From the NCBI RefSeq assembly GCF_009914755.1, contig NC_060932.1: a stretch of DNA of 64,000 nucleotides, one strand, 5' to 3'. Below, piece after piece: positions 12,560-25,847 of the stretch (its first letter is position 1; each line of letters opens with the position of its first letter). The DNA is from the human T2T-CHM13v2.0 reference genome, Homo sapiens. Made by a program: the position numbers and the translations under genes. The notes under the pieces were generated by a model. It did not search any database and was not told the origin of the DNA. It saw only the letters and a program-made list of their open reading frames with translations.

Positions 12560-12790
12560 CAACAGCCACAAATACTGAGTTACAAAGTCCTTACTGTGTG
12601 CCAGATGCTGTGTTCAGTACTCAGAAGATTTATCTTATGAGGTAAGTTCTATGAGGTATATGTAATTAAAATCCTATTTTTAATGATTTTAAGATGTCAA
12701 GAAAGGTTAAAATAATTGCCTAAAATCACTTATCCAAAAATGAAGAAAAATTTTGGTTTGCCCTCTTGCCAAATCCAAAGAAATCTCTGT
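12560..12790 (-). mobile_element. MIR fragment
   Basis: cttactgtgtgccagatgctgtg...aaaggttaaaataattgcctaaaatcac. Confidence 0.55.
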
Positions 12791-13105
12791 ATTCTATTGA
12801 ATCTGGATATAAAGAATTTCCTGTAGTGTTTGACACACGGTAAGCTCTTTTAATAAAAGATTACCATCTCATATAAAGCTAATTGTATCTGTAAATTCCT
12901 GAAGAAAAGTGGCTTTTCTTTTTCTGCTTTTATTCTTATTATTGCCTCCTAAATACCAGGAGGTCAAGCGCAAATACTTGCCCAGTTGATGAGATTTTGT
13001 TGCGACTCACCTCCGAAATGGTCAAAAGTACATATTTCATGTTGCCTTTGTGTATTAAGTAGTCAATTCTGGAGTGGATAACAGCTATGATATGTTCTTA
13101 CTAAC

Positions 13106-13409
13106 TTTTTTCTTTTTTTTTTTTTTTTGAGACGGAGTTTCACTCTTGATGCCCAGGCTGGAGTGCAATGGCACGATCTCGGCTCACCTCAACTTCCGCC
13201 TCCTAGTTCAAGCGATTCTCCTGCCTCAGCCTCCCGAGTAGCTGGGATTACAGGCATGCACCACCACTCCAGGCTAATTTTGTATTTTTAGTAGAGACGG
13301 GGTTTCTCCATGTTGGTCAGGCTGGTCTCGAAATCCCGACCTCAGGTGATCCGCCCGCCTCGGCCTCCCAAACTGCTGGGATTACAGGCGTGAGCCACCT
13401 CGCCCAGCC
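13106..13409 (-). mobile_element. AluSp, full length
   Basis: Sp diagnostics (ttctccatgttggtcagg, cccgacctcagg); TSD GTTCTTACTAA(C/T)TT. Confidence 0.95.
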
Positions 13410-13847
13410 GTTCTTACTAATTTAATCAGTAGGAAACAAGAGAAAAACCTTGCTCAGGTTTGCAAGATTTGATACCCACTAAGTTTTCCAGAACTCAGAG
13501 TTGAGGTGCAATAAAGGAGTAACTAAAACAAAACTTAAAGAGTAAAATAAATTACTGACTGAATATTTAGGGAGTCTGAGATAGTTAATTTAGCAAACTT
13601 CCCCAACTGTGATGTAAGTCTTGCTCACAAAGATTAAATAAATATGTTCTCACGTTATGTTTTGCATCAGTTTGCTGAACTTGCACAGAAGTTAATAACA
13701 AAAATAAAATCAAAAGTGACAACAAGGCAATCTAAGCAATGTTCCATGGGTTTCTTTGCCCTGTTGGGGAGCCTTCTTGCATAGGAGATATAAAGTCTTT
13801 TCCTAGCCATATGTACTACAAGTTTTGTCCTTGGCCTTTGTTATATA

Positions 13848-14663
13848 TGCCAAATAGAATTAATGTGAGAAAGTGAACCAGTTTAGAAAGAGAGAAAGTC
13901 AGCTTGGAAGATATTAGGTTAGTTGGATCCTGCATCTTCCATGGATTATTTATGTTGTTTGATCCTAGTTTTAAAAGAGAAAAATCTGAACATCTTTCTG
14001 TTTTGTTGCTTTGCTTTTATTAGGGTGATCCAATAACTTAATTCTGAAGAGGAAAAAGGAACTATTTTTGGATGTTTTCAAATGGTACTTCTTTGTGCTG
14101 AAAAGAAACCTCTGTGTAGGCTGATTAAATAAAGCAAATATGTATTCAGATTTAGCCTAGAGTAATCAGAACCATCCCTAGTGTGATGCTGACTCATCAC
14201 CACTGAGTAGAAGAAAAGGGAGCATGAGTTTTGGATTTATTATGAACCTGAGATTTCTTTCTTCCCTTGTCCCTAACCCACTGTGTGACCTTAAGAATCT
14301 TGTGTAACTTACCTGAATCTTAGTTCCTATTTTGGTAAAATAGAATAAATACCAGTCACCTTGCAATGGTTGTGAGGATTATGACTGAATGCCCACATTT
14401 TAGGTGCTCATTAAATGGAACTAAGTTCTTATGCTTTTGCTCACCAGACACTAGCGTCTACATAGAGTTATGCTATTGCTATACTATGCAGTATTCTGTT
14501 ACTGCATGCTGGAAGAAACCAATGGAACTGAGCAAGCACCAGACCAATGGCCACATACACATTGAAGATCATCATCATACTGGCACAGAGATTTCTGTCA
14601 GATCTAGTTCCCTTTCTATTCTCTCTTCACACCACACATTTCCTTGGAATTAATTCATACCAA
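13848..14663 (-). repeat. Arm A' of the inverted duplication
   Basis: Reverse complement of 11157-11960; explains the twin ORFs starting MVVRIMTECPHF on opposite strands. Confidence 0.97.
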
Positions 14664-15051
14664 TTACTTGATATGACCAAAAAGTGAGTCTGATGGTGAC
14701 AGAGCCCACATTCTGCCTCCCTCAATGTATCCATGGGCAGTGCATCCACTGATGGGCACTTAAGATGAAGAGCCTCATGAGGCCAGGGATGTGGGATAAT
14801 GACTTGAACTATATTCAGTTTTGGGAGTTCAAACTTTTTTAAATCTGCCAACCTCACAATTGGGACTAAAAGGCCAGAAGATCTATCATAAAAGAAACTG
14901 AGCCTGCTAGAACTTTATCAATTCACCAACAGGGCCTGAAGACTGGTTGGGAGCAAAGGGGAGGTGTGATATAGGGAATAGTATAACAGCTAGCACCTGA
15001 ATATGGGTTGATCAGCTCTCCTAGTGGTGTTTGTAAGTAGTTAAAGAACAA

Positions 15052-15369
15052 CATGGATGAAACTGGAAACCATCATTCTCAGCAAACTATCGCAAGGACA
15101 AAAAACCAAACACTGCATGTTCTCACTCATAGGTGGGAATTGAAAAATGAGAATACATGGACACAGGAAGGGGAACATCACACACCGGGGACTGTGGTGG
15201 GGTGGGGGGAGGGGGGAGGGAGAGCATTAGGAGATATACCTAATGCTAAATGACGAGTTAATGGGTGCAGCACACCAACATGGAACACATATACATATGT
15301 AACAAACCTGCACGTTGTGCACATGCACCCTAAAACTTAAAGTATAATAATAATAAAATTTTTAAAAAA
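15052..15369 (+). mobile_element. 5'-truncated L1PA3/4-like 3' end
   Basis: End of ORF2, 3' UTR G-rich tract and A-tail; TSD AAAGAACAA at 15043-15051 and 15370-15378 at a TT/AAAG site. Confidence 0.95.
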
Positions 15370-15380
15370 AAAGAACAAGG

Positions 15381-15838
15381 TGTGATAGTTAATTTTATAT
15401 GTCAACTTGGCTGGGCCGTGGGATGCCCAGATTAAACATTATTTCTGGGAGTGTCTGCAAGGGTGTTTTGAATGATATTAGCATTTAAGTTGGTGGATTC
15501 AGTAATGTAAATTGCCCTCTTCAATGCAGATGGGCATCATCCAATCCCTTGAGGAAGTGAATAGAACAAAAGAACTGCTTCACCTCAGTCATCTCATCTC
15601 ACATTCTGCTGACATCTGACTGGAATTTATATACCATCAGCTCTCCTGGCCCTCAACCTTCAGTCTCAGACTGAAATACACCCGTAGCTTTCCTAGATCT
15701 CTAGCTAGCAGACAGCAAATCATTGGATTTCTCACCATCCATAATCATATAAGCTAATTCCTCTCAATAAAATATGTGTGTGTATATATATATAATCTCC
15801 TATTGGTTCTGCTTCTCTGGAGAGCCCTGCCTGATACA
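15381..15838 (+). mobile_element. MLT2-family (ERVL) solo LTR
   Basis: tgtgatagttaattttatatgtcaacttggctgggcc...ctgataca; 5-bp TSD CAAGG/CAGGG. Confidence 0.9.
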
Positions 15839-16335
15839 CAGGGTATGCCACTAGATACACTAATACTTGGGTAATGCACCCACCATGGGGATAACAGAGG
15901 GTGGGAACTTGTCCCTTCCCACTCTGCAGGGAGGCTGATTGGGAAATGAGAAGCAGAGAGGCCAAAGTGAGAAATAGAAATCTACCTCTGCTTAGGTGGA
16001 AATTTCTGCAGTTGATGCTGTCACCAGCTAAGTGAGCTCCTCAGGACAGAGGATGGCAGAGACACTACATCAGTATCTGAGAAGTAAAGGCAATGCTGAG
16101 CCCCAGAGCCCAGCAAATAGCAGGAGCACATGCTTCACATTCTGATACCAGAATAACCTACATCTGGTTAGAAGATAAATACCACCTTTTTACCTTTGTG
16201 GAAAACAAAATTAAATCATTTTAGCTAAATACTAACCATAGTAATCACAGCTATACAGCTATAGTTTATTGAGCATTAAACAATATTGACTTTATTGTGC
16301 TATGTGGCAAATACCACGTCAGACACTCCATGTAA

Positions 16336-16695
<360 letters not shown>

Positions 16696-17534
16696 TAATT
16701 CTCATAACAACTCAAGTGTTGCCAATCCAATTTGAAAGATGAGGAAACCACAACTTTGGGAGATCTAACTCTTTACCCATCACATGGCTAGAACTCAAAT
16801 ACAGATCCAACGTGTCTTGAATTCTCACCCTTTCCACTATGATACGGCAGCAAGAAGAAGGAAACACCCCATGCATAATAGACATTTCCTGGCCGCCATT
16901 GTCACCCTTGATCCAATTCTTTCACCTAGGAGTGTTACTACCACATGCCTACAAGCAAGGAATGCCATTTCAGCTCGTGAGACTATTTGATGTTGGGAAG
17001 TCTGTTTGCTTTGGCCTATAACACTGGAAATGAAAGACTGGTCTGGATAAACCAATGACTGATATTTCTTGTTTGTAAAAGATGTGACTTACAGGCCAGA
17101 TTCGCCACTAAATCAACCAACCAGAGAGCAAGCCCTTCACGTTAATCATGACTAAATAGAAGACTTGTTTGTCTAATACAGATTTAGAGATATATGAATT
17201 AGAGGCAGGCTGGTTGCATTCAAGAGTAATTAATGAATGAGAAAATGGGGTATTTGTCTCAGTCTAGTATAGCACCCCTGCCACTTCCGAGATGGCATAA
17301 TGATTGGAAATAACCTAGAAACATATCTCTTCTGACTCTCAGTTCAGCAAAATCAAGAAGGCTAGAAAGTGGTATAGCTGGAACTAGAATTCCAAACCCA
17401 TTATGTATTTCACTATATCACTATATAGCAGTAATAGTAGCAATATAATAACAACAATAAAAGTAGTAATAATAATGAGAAAATGAGGAGGAGAAGCAGA
17501 TAAGGGGGAGGAAAATGAAAAAAAGAAACTATGA

Positions 17535-17780
17535 CTGTCATTTAATGAGCACTTTCTACATGCACCGGGCTAAACCCTTTATGTGTATGATCCCACTGAA
17601 TCCTCACAGGAGAACTGAGAAGTAATCACATTAAGCCCTGTTCAGTGAATGACAAACTTGACTCTGGGAGTTTATGTGATTTGTCCAAAGACACACAGTG
17701 AGTGAGTGCAGGGCTGGATTTGAAACTTAAAACAAGGATATGCTGACCCCCAGAACCTCTCATGCTAACCTCTTCTGAGT
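17535..17780 (-). mobile_element. MIR
   Basis: catttaatgagcac...aatcctcacag...gtgatttgtccaaagacacacagtgagt. Confidence 0.65.
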
Positions 17781-18125
17781 ATTGCTCAGAATGATCACAG
17801 CCCCTGACCTCAACCGTGGCTCAATCTAGTGGGGAAAAGGTTTTAACTCCATTACATTCTAAAGAGAGTGTGTCTCTGGAAAATTCTTCTAGTTTCTCGG
17901 GACCATTTCTTCATCAATAAATGGAAATAATGCATAATTTGGCTGTCACTTCTTGTTGTCGGTAATGTGAATTACATTACACAAATACAAAGCTACTTCA
18001 TCATTACTGTAGTAGTATTAGTAGTATTATTCCTCTTATTCTTATTCCTACAGCTCTCTTGCTGAGCCAAGACTGGAGTTATGTAGCAACGTCACAATAT
18101 CCCCCTCTACTTTTCTTCTTTTCAG

Positions 18126-18265
18126 GGAACTAGAATGCTACTGTCACTTATGTATATCACCTTTTCTGTACGTGCACAATGTGGCTCAACTACCAGATAA
18201 GTTTACGGTGGAAATGCTGGCCTGCTGTTTGCACCCTGAAGAAGTTCCTTGCTGATGATGAGCAG
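18126..18265 (+). other. Candidate 140-nt non-coding exon
   Basis: Acceptor ccccctctacttttcttcttttcag| and donor CAG|gtgagc; stop codons in all three frames. Confidence 0.4.
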
Positions 18266-18509
18266 GTGAGCGCACCCCTGTTTCGTTGCTTTCTCACCCT
18301 TAATCACTTTATGCTGCATTTATTCTTTTGAAAAAGATATACCATGGACACTGGCCAATAATAAGGATTTAATGTATGTACCTATGTCCTCTGTTTTATC
18401 TTCCCCTCATGAATGGGCAGTAGCCATGAGAATGAGACACAAGGAGGTGGAAGTGACAAGACACAGGAAGATTGTGGTTTGTCCATGTCACTAACCAACT
18501 AAAGGAACT

Positions 18510-18875
18510 CTAATGACCTAGTGAGCAGGGGCTACATCAGTCTTGTACATCACTTTATATTTAGTGTCTGGCCTAGTACCTGGTGTAAGGGGTGTGGAGA
18601 GAGATCTTAATAAATAATTGATGAACTCATGAATCAAAATAAAAATAGTCAACACTTAGGGAGTGTATGTGTTCAGTGGGTAAGGCACTGCCCTAAGCAT
18701 TTTACATGTGGTTTCTTATTTAATTCTTTCTGTGATTATTCTTCCATTTTACAGATCAAAAGTGGAAACTTAAAGAAGTCAAATAACTTAGTGAAGGTTA
18801 GCTAATGTCAGACAGAAATTTAAATCAAGACTGAGTGACTCTAGTGGGGGCTTTTAACGACTGTGCTCTACCACC
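18510..18875. mobile_element. L2 3' end (+, ~18510-18635) followed by MIR (-, ~18645-18875)
   Basis: cctagtacctgg...aataaataattgatgaa; cattttacagat...aagtcaaataactt. Confidence 0.55.
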
Positions 18876-21834
18876 TCTCTCATCCAACTCTCTATAACTT
18901 TATAGAGGAAAGGGAGAACTGAAGACATGTTGTGACTCACCAGAGAAATTTCATGGCTTCAAATAATGCCTATGTGTAGGAGTTTCCTGGAACTGCAGAA
19001 ATCTATGCCATGAAAAGGGAGAAAGAAGAAAAGCACAGTTCCATAAGGGAAATACATAGGAAAAACTTTTCCTTGGAATCAATGGGTGCATTACTGAATT
19101 TTCTAAGTTATCAGAGGCTTTGGCAAATGGAAAGGAAAGTCTAAAAGGAGCCTTGGAGGAGGAGAAGTCAGATTCCAGAAGTTTCAGAGATGATTCATTA
19201 CTTGTACAACCCAAAAGGGATGTCAGAAAGTGCCCACAGGGATTAAGTTGTGGGAACACTGATTCCAAGAGCGCTGGGCTGACTTGAAGACAGACGTTTT
19301 TACAGCAATTTAAGGCTAAGGATGAGTGAATACATTGAAAGTTTTAAGAGCAGGGTCATGTATGATGTATTCAGGAGGTGGGGGAAAGGCCAAGAACAGC
19401 CAAGTTTCACTTGGTTGTAATTCCACTCTACGGTCCAGGAAGAATTAATGTTTCCATATAATTTATAAATAAATGGTGGCTGGAGACAATATAGCTAGAT
19501 GGAGTTAGTGAGATTATGTCCTACACAGGACAAACTTGAAACACGTATGAGACAACTTAAAAATCATGTGCAACTGTGGTGGTAGAGGTGGAGGTTTATC
19601 CCTGAACAGTTTTGTCAATATGTAAACATTTTTTAAGAGGAGAAGAACGATTGACTAAATTATCCAATTTCCCGTTGGTAACCTAGAGTCCCATTTCTTC
19701 AGGGCCCAGTTAAACATCTGAGGCCCTCTATGGAGTTTTTTTTTAATCCACTCAATATCCAATGTCATGTGGCTCTTCTGACTCCAGTCACTCTAAGAAC
19801 CTGTGTCTCTAATTGAACATTTCACACTGATGGCATTAGATCATGCATCTAATGGACGTGACTCTCCCTTCCCACCAATCAGTTGTGATGCTTTAAGAAT
19901 AGAAGCTGTATCTTGCATGTCTTTTTAATTATACAAGAAGGAAATAATGGCATTGCTAAATGAGCATGGAATCTAGATGCACACAGAGCAATTCTCAAAT
20001 AATGTTCTGTCCTATTGTTGCATAATTTTGAGCAAGTGAAAAAGAGAATACTTGTAGATACCCTAATGTATGACTACGTGTCTATGCCCAATGTCACCTT
20101 CTAGAAATCTAGGGCCTCAAGCCACTATGTTTAGGCCAAGTACAATTTCTCTGACCCCAAGCATGACCAGGAATGAGTGTCATTTGCATGTGGGATATAT
20201 GATTTCAAACTGAGAGGGCCATCATAGAAGCAGCATGTTAGGGAAAAGCTAAATCACAACTCAGGAAGATTAGAAAAGCTAATCTACTTTCGAAGAATGT
20301 AGATGGGTCAGAGGGAAGGAAATCTTGGCTCAATCAAGAGGAAAGTCAGGAGAGAGCCTGAAATAATGCTCTGAATCTATCAGTTTTGTATCAGCGATTT
20401 TTTGAGTGACAGCACAAATGAGTCCTCTACTCTGGGTGCATCATACTTGTGTTGTCATCTACTGGGGAGCTTCAGCTTCCTCATATGCAAAAGAGAATGA
20501 GAAAGAATATCTGCCTCACCAGATGGCTGTGGGCATTGTGTAAAGTAACATAAGTGGCAGCATCGAGCAGAACCTGAGTCTCTTTCTTTTGCTTACTATC
20601 TAATAAAGTGTTTATGCTCAAAACATGTTAATTGAATGCACGACTATGTGAATAAAAGAGCTAATTAATCCTTGCTAGGGTCTTGGACACTGTCTCCTCT
20701 TCTGCCTTAAAATTCCTTTTCCCAGATTGTAGATTTAGGAATTGATGTATTTCTTAATTGCCTGTCAGTAACACAAAAGGTTAATTTTGTGTCCCTGCCA
20801 GCTCTGGTGATTGAAACATAGAGAAAGTGGCAAGGAGTATCTTGAAAGAGCAGGGCTTGAAGGTTTGCCACATTCTGTTTAGTTATAATGAGTATTTCTT
20901 TGGCAGGGATTATCTGGAAGGCCATTGGTAAATGGAGAAATGATGTCAATAAAGTATAGAAGTTGTGCTGATCCCTGCACAGTTTTTTCAATATGTGGGT
21001 ATTTTTGAAGCAATCAAGGACAACAAGTAAAAAGAAAGATCAGAAGTAAAAATTGAAAATCTATGGAAGGGACTTTCTTTAGTGCAAGTGGTAGCTAATT
21101 TATTGGCTTCCAGAGCTGCAGGCTTTCCACTATGTTAACCTAACAGGGAGGGACATTTGTGCAGACAAAGAACTACGACGACATCTCCTTCTGAATTGAA
21201 ACAATGAATGAATGGAGAAAGCTACATCTTGGATCAGACTTTTAAGATTGATCATTGTGCGCTCTAATAGAAGCAAATGACCTTCAAAGACCTACATTGC
21301 TAAGAAAGAGGATTAAGCCCCATATTTAAGGGGACAAATATTGACTGTAATGTAGGAAGAAGCCAGTAGCAATCTAACTGTGTATTATGTTTCCAGTTAG
21401 AATAGTTATTGTTTTTATTAGGGTTCTAGCTAGAGTCTCTTATAAATTTTGAGTCATCTTCCTCTAATCTGATTTTTCTCATAAGGTTTGTGATTTTTCG
21501 TAAGCATTTTCGTAGAACATGAGTTTTTTGGGGAAATACATAGTGTCATGGAAGAAATGTTACGAATACTGTAAGAGAGACATCAGAGGATCCCAGGGCT
21601 GGTGTCCTCTGTGGGGTTCTACCTGGTTAGGATTCTATCTAAGGACTTTTCCAATTAATGACTAGGAATGGCAAGCTGAGGAACGAACCAAGGGGTGAGA
21701 GAATGTGAGATCAGACCATGGGAGCAGGAGGAATAATGGGACTAGAAGTCCATGCAGAACCTATGGTGAAGATGAGGTGAGCAGAGAATTTCAGGAGCCA
21801 AGGGAACTTGAAAAAGAGGCTCAGCCAATGTTGC

Positions 21835-22230
21835 TGTTATAAATATAATTTTGTCCTCCACACCCCAAATTTATTTGTTGAAGCTGTAGCCCTTAATGAG
21901 ACTATATTTGGAGACAGGGTTTTTAAGGGGCTAATTAGTGCTAAATGAGATTATAAAAGTAGGGCCATGATCCCACAGGACTACTGGCATTGTAAAAAGA
22001 CGAAGAGATACTAGAGACCCCTCCTCTCTGCAGCACACACAGAAGAAAGGCCATGGAGGACAAAAGGTGGTCATCTGCAAGTCAGCAAGAGGACCTTCAC
22101 CAGAAACCCATCCTGGAGACGTCATGATATTAAAATTCCAGTCTCCAGAACACTGAGAAAATAATATTTCTATTGTGTAAGCCACATAGTCTGTGATATT
22201 CTTTTATGGCAGTCTAAGCAGATTAATACA
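21835..22230 (+). mobile_element. MLT1A-type MaLR solo LTR
   Basis: TG...attaataCA termini, MLT1A body, TSD GTTGC/GTAGC. Confidence 0.85.
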
Positions 22231-22660
22231 GTAGCTCCCCCAGGTTAAGTGGCATGGATTAGGTATCAAATTTAATACACCCATGTAGGCTGTCCCTACA
22301 GGGGGACCTGGACACTGTGGCAATGTTACATGGAGGGAGGAGGGGGACAAGAATGAGTCTGATGTGACCTCTGCATCTCTGCATTCCAAGATCCCCTATC
22401 TTGTGGAATAGAGTGGGGGCATAACATAACACACCTATAGGTGAGAAAGAAGAATAAATAGGTCCCATGTGAAGAACACTCACATAGTGCTATGGGGTCT
22501 CAAAAAAAGAGGAGCACCCTTCCAATAGCAGTGTTAATAAAGGATCTATAGAGAAAATTGCATTTAAAGGCTCTATGCCTTTCTTTATAAGGCCATAGGC
22601 CTAGTAGTCAATTTTCCACATATTTACCTAAAATATATGATTCATGCATGTACTTTATTT

Positions 22661-22970
22661 CACTTTTTATTGAGGTATAATTTACATATCATAATGTGCT
22701 ATGAATATATACCTCAATGGATTTTTACATGTGTATATCCTCACATAACTACCAGCCAGAATAGATATAGAACATTTGCAGCATGCTGAAAACCTCCTTC
22801 ACAGATCCTCCCAAGGAACATGACCTCAATCGTCAGAGACCTCAATCATTTATCATAGATTAGTTTTTAACTTCATTTTGTTTCAGACTTTTACATAATA
22901 ATTTTATGTCTGTGACTCTCGACTATGTTGGTGTCTACTGTAATAGCTTGTTCTTCATTCTTATGCAGTT

Positions 22971-23012
<42 letters not shown>

Positions 23013-23380
23013 TCACATTAATTCATTCTACTTTTCATGGAAATAGGAGTTATTTCTACTTTGGGACTATTATCAATAAAGCCATATACAAAAATTATTT
23101 GGACAGAAATGAATGCATCTTTTGGTGAAAAACCCAGCATATTTATATGTGTAAAACCAAGGAGTATTCACACGTGGACACAAACATATACCACGAAGGA
23201 GCTGAATTGCTGAATCCTAAGATGTATGCCTGTTTAGCTTTAGCAAATCCTGTCATTACATCTTCAAACTGAATGTACAAATTTATAATCTCATTCTCAG
23301 TGCATAAACATTCCAGTTGCTCCATGTCCTTAACATTATCGTTATAATTCTAGCCATTCTGGAAGAGGTTTAAAAAGTGT
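22661..23380 (-). mobile_element. Old L1M (ME/MD-type) 3' region containing (GT)18 at 22975-23010
   Basis: tttttattgaggtataatttacata...gatatagaacatt is a typical antisense L1M 3' end. Confidence 0.75.
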
Positions 23381-25069
23381 TTCAAATGTTGAATATTTAG
23401 CATAATTGTCACATTTCATATGTGTTATGATAGATACTGTTTCAAGCATTAAATGGATTCATATATTTTCCTGGTTTGCTTATGTGCAGGATATTTTCAG
23501 GCAAATTTGTCAAAGGGCACTTTGGTCCTAAATGACTAAAAATATTCCATAGTATTAAAAAGCCATCCAAAAAGAAAAAGATCCCGAGAAGACTAAAAAA
23601 ATTTTTAAAAGAGACTTTAGCCTGTACTTGTGGAGTACTACATACATGATATATTTGAATTTTAGATAAATGTTGTATTATGTGGATTGAACATTTGCTA
23701 GTCCTATGATATCCAAATATACACCACCCAGGGACAAAAACAATGTTTGTTACTTAGTAAGTGTGAGTCATTCAGAAAATATGTGCTAATTGCCTTAAGA
23801 GTATTACTTTTAGGCAGAGTGGTGCACCTCTGCAAGATAAATGAGTTTCAAATGAAATTGGGAGAGAGGGGTTAAATTAAAGCACTCCAGCAAAAGGGCT
23901 TCATTTTCCATTTTGCCTCCCAAGTGTCTCAGTAGATAAATACCAGCTGATTACCAATGAGTAGAGTTGCTTCCTCAGTGGAATTTTGAGGATTGATTAA
24001 TATGTCTCAGAAAGCCAAATCAAATATCACGGGAATGGCTTATGAAGAAAAAATTATCCTGAGCCAATTTTCCACCAGTACCAAAGTTGATGTTGTCTTT
24101 CCAAAAATGGGTTTTTCTGTAGGTTGGTGCAGTTAAGACACTCATACCAGTGTCCTAGTTGAGCCACACTTTCCTAAAATAAGCAAATGTTGCTGAAGCT
24201 TGACTACACACCAGGCACAAGACTAGAAGCAGGAGACAAATGAAAGAATCGTGGTTCAGATTTCCAACAGCTCTCATTCTAGGATAGATTGTAAACCAAG
24301 CACTGTGATGTACAACCAGCGTAAGTGTGTGCAGGGGAGGCTTGGAGAAGCTGGAAAACTATTTGCTGTTAGAATGATAATCACTGTGATTTGACTCCTG
24401 CCTCTGATGCTACTTACAAGCTGAATGTCCTATGAGTTATTTAGTCCCTTTAAAATTTATTTTTATTTGTTTCACAATGATGGTGATGATACTTAGAGAT
24501 GTTGCATATAAAGCGCTTGGCACAGGAAAGCCATATGATCCACAGTTGTTCATATTTTCCCATCCGGATGGGACAATTCAAAGCTGGTCATGACTTGCAT
24601 GGGATGCAGCTCCTTCCACTGTCAGGGGGAGCTTCACAGCCACTAAATCCTCTGACATTTTTATTTCACCCCTAAGCTTTCCTGACTTTGCAGGAAATTA
24701 GATGTGGGTTTTGAAGGATGCTGTAAACACTGGGCCTTTTTAGGTGGCTTTCAAAGAAGCAGGAAAATACAGGAAGTCAGAACAAAATTAAAAAGACATA
24801 AAATTTAAGCCATTGTCAATTTCTGCTGTTGTATCAGACTGGGCTGGATTTCGTGATAGTTCACGACCCTCCCAGAAACAAAGACTATCTTGTAGAATAG
24901 CTATATCTAAGAATGCATTCTGGTAGGAAAACAGGGCCATATGAAAACAGGGCCTGGGGCCATAGGAAGTATCAGTTCAAAATCTGAAATCAGAATCAAA
25001 ACCTACATCTTTCCTAATTTCAGATTCAGAGCAGATAATTGTCTTCTAACCTAGTATTATTTGGAGCTA

Positions 25070-25847
25070 TGTGGGAGGCTGAGTAATGCCTCCCACTTCC
25101 ACCCCAAGGATGTCCATGTCCTAACCTCTGAAATTTGTGACTACGTCAGGCTACATGGAAAAGAGAAATCAAATGCAGATGGAATTCATGTTGCCAGTCA
25201 GCTGACCTCAAAGTAGGATTAGCCTGGATTGTATGAGTATGTCTAATATCATTGCAAAGGTGCTTAAAAGTAGAAGAGGGAGGTAGGAAAAAAAATCAGA
25301 GGGGAAGATGACTATGGAAGAAATGCACAGAAAGATGTGGCATTGCTGACTGAAGATGTCAGAGGGCCATGAGCCAAGCAATGTAGGTGGTGTCTAGAAA
25401 GGAAAAAGGATTCTGACCAGGACCCTCCAGAAAGGAACACACTGCCACACTGCTGCATTCATTCCTTGATTTTAGCCCAGCAAGACTCATTGTACACTAT
25501 TTTTTTTTTTTTTTGAGACGGAGTTTCACTCTGCTGCCTAGGCTGGAGGTCAGCACTGAAGCCTCTGCCTTCTAGGTTCAAGCGATTCTCCTGCCTCAGT
25601 CTCCCAAGTAACTGGGATTACAAGCACTCACCACCATGTACGGCTAATTTTTTGTATTTTTAGTAGGGTTTCACCATGTTGGCCAGGCTGGTCTCGAACT
25701 CCTGACCTAAGGTGATCCACCCACCTCGGCCCCCCAAAGTGTTGGGATTACAGGCGTGAGCCACTGTGCCTGGCCCCCATTTTACACTTCTAACTCCAGA
25801 ACTGTATATGCGGTGGCTTTTGACAGCAGCCATGAAAAACAGATATC
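25070..25847 (+). mobile_element. MLT1D LTR interrupted by an Alu
   Basis: tgtgggaggctgagtaatg...gatgtccatgtcctaacc...gcagatggaatt; resumes at ttctaactccagaactgt. Confidence 0.85.
25500..25775 (-). mobile_element. AluS with small internal deletions
   Basis: Antisense Alu; TSD-like CATTGTACACT/CATTTTACACT. Confidence 0.9.

Noticed and set aside
11093-14653. Twin ORFs starting MVVRIMTECPHF on opposite strands, resembling a duplicated gene
   Set aside because: They come from the inverted duplication, start within a MIR, and fall out of frame with each other after a 16-bp indel
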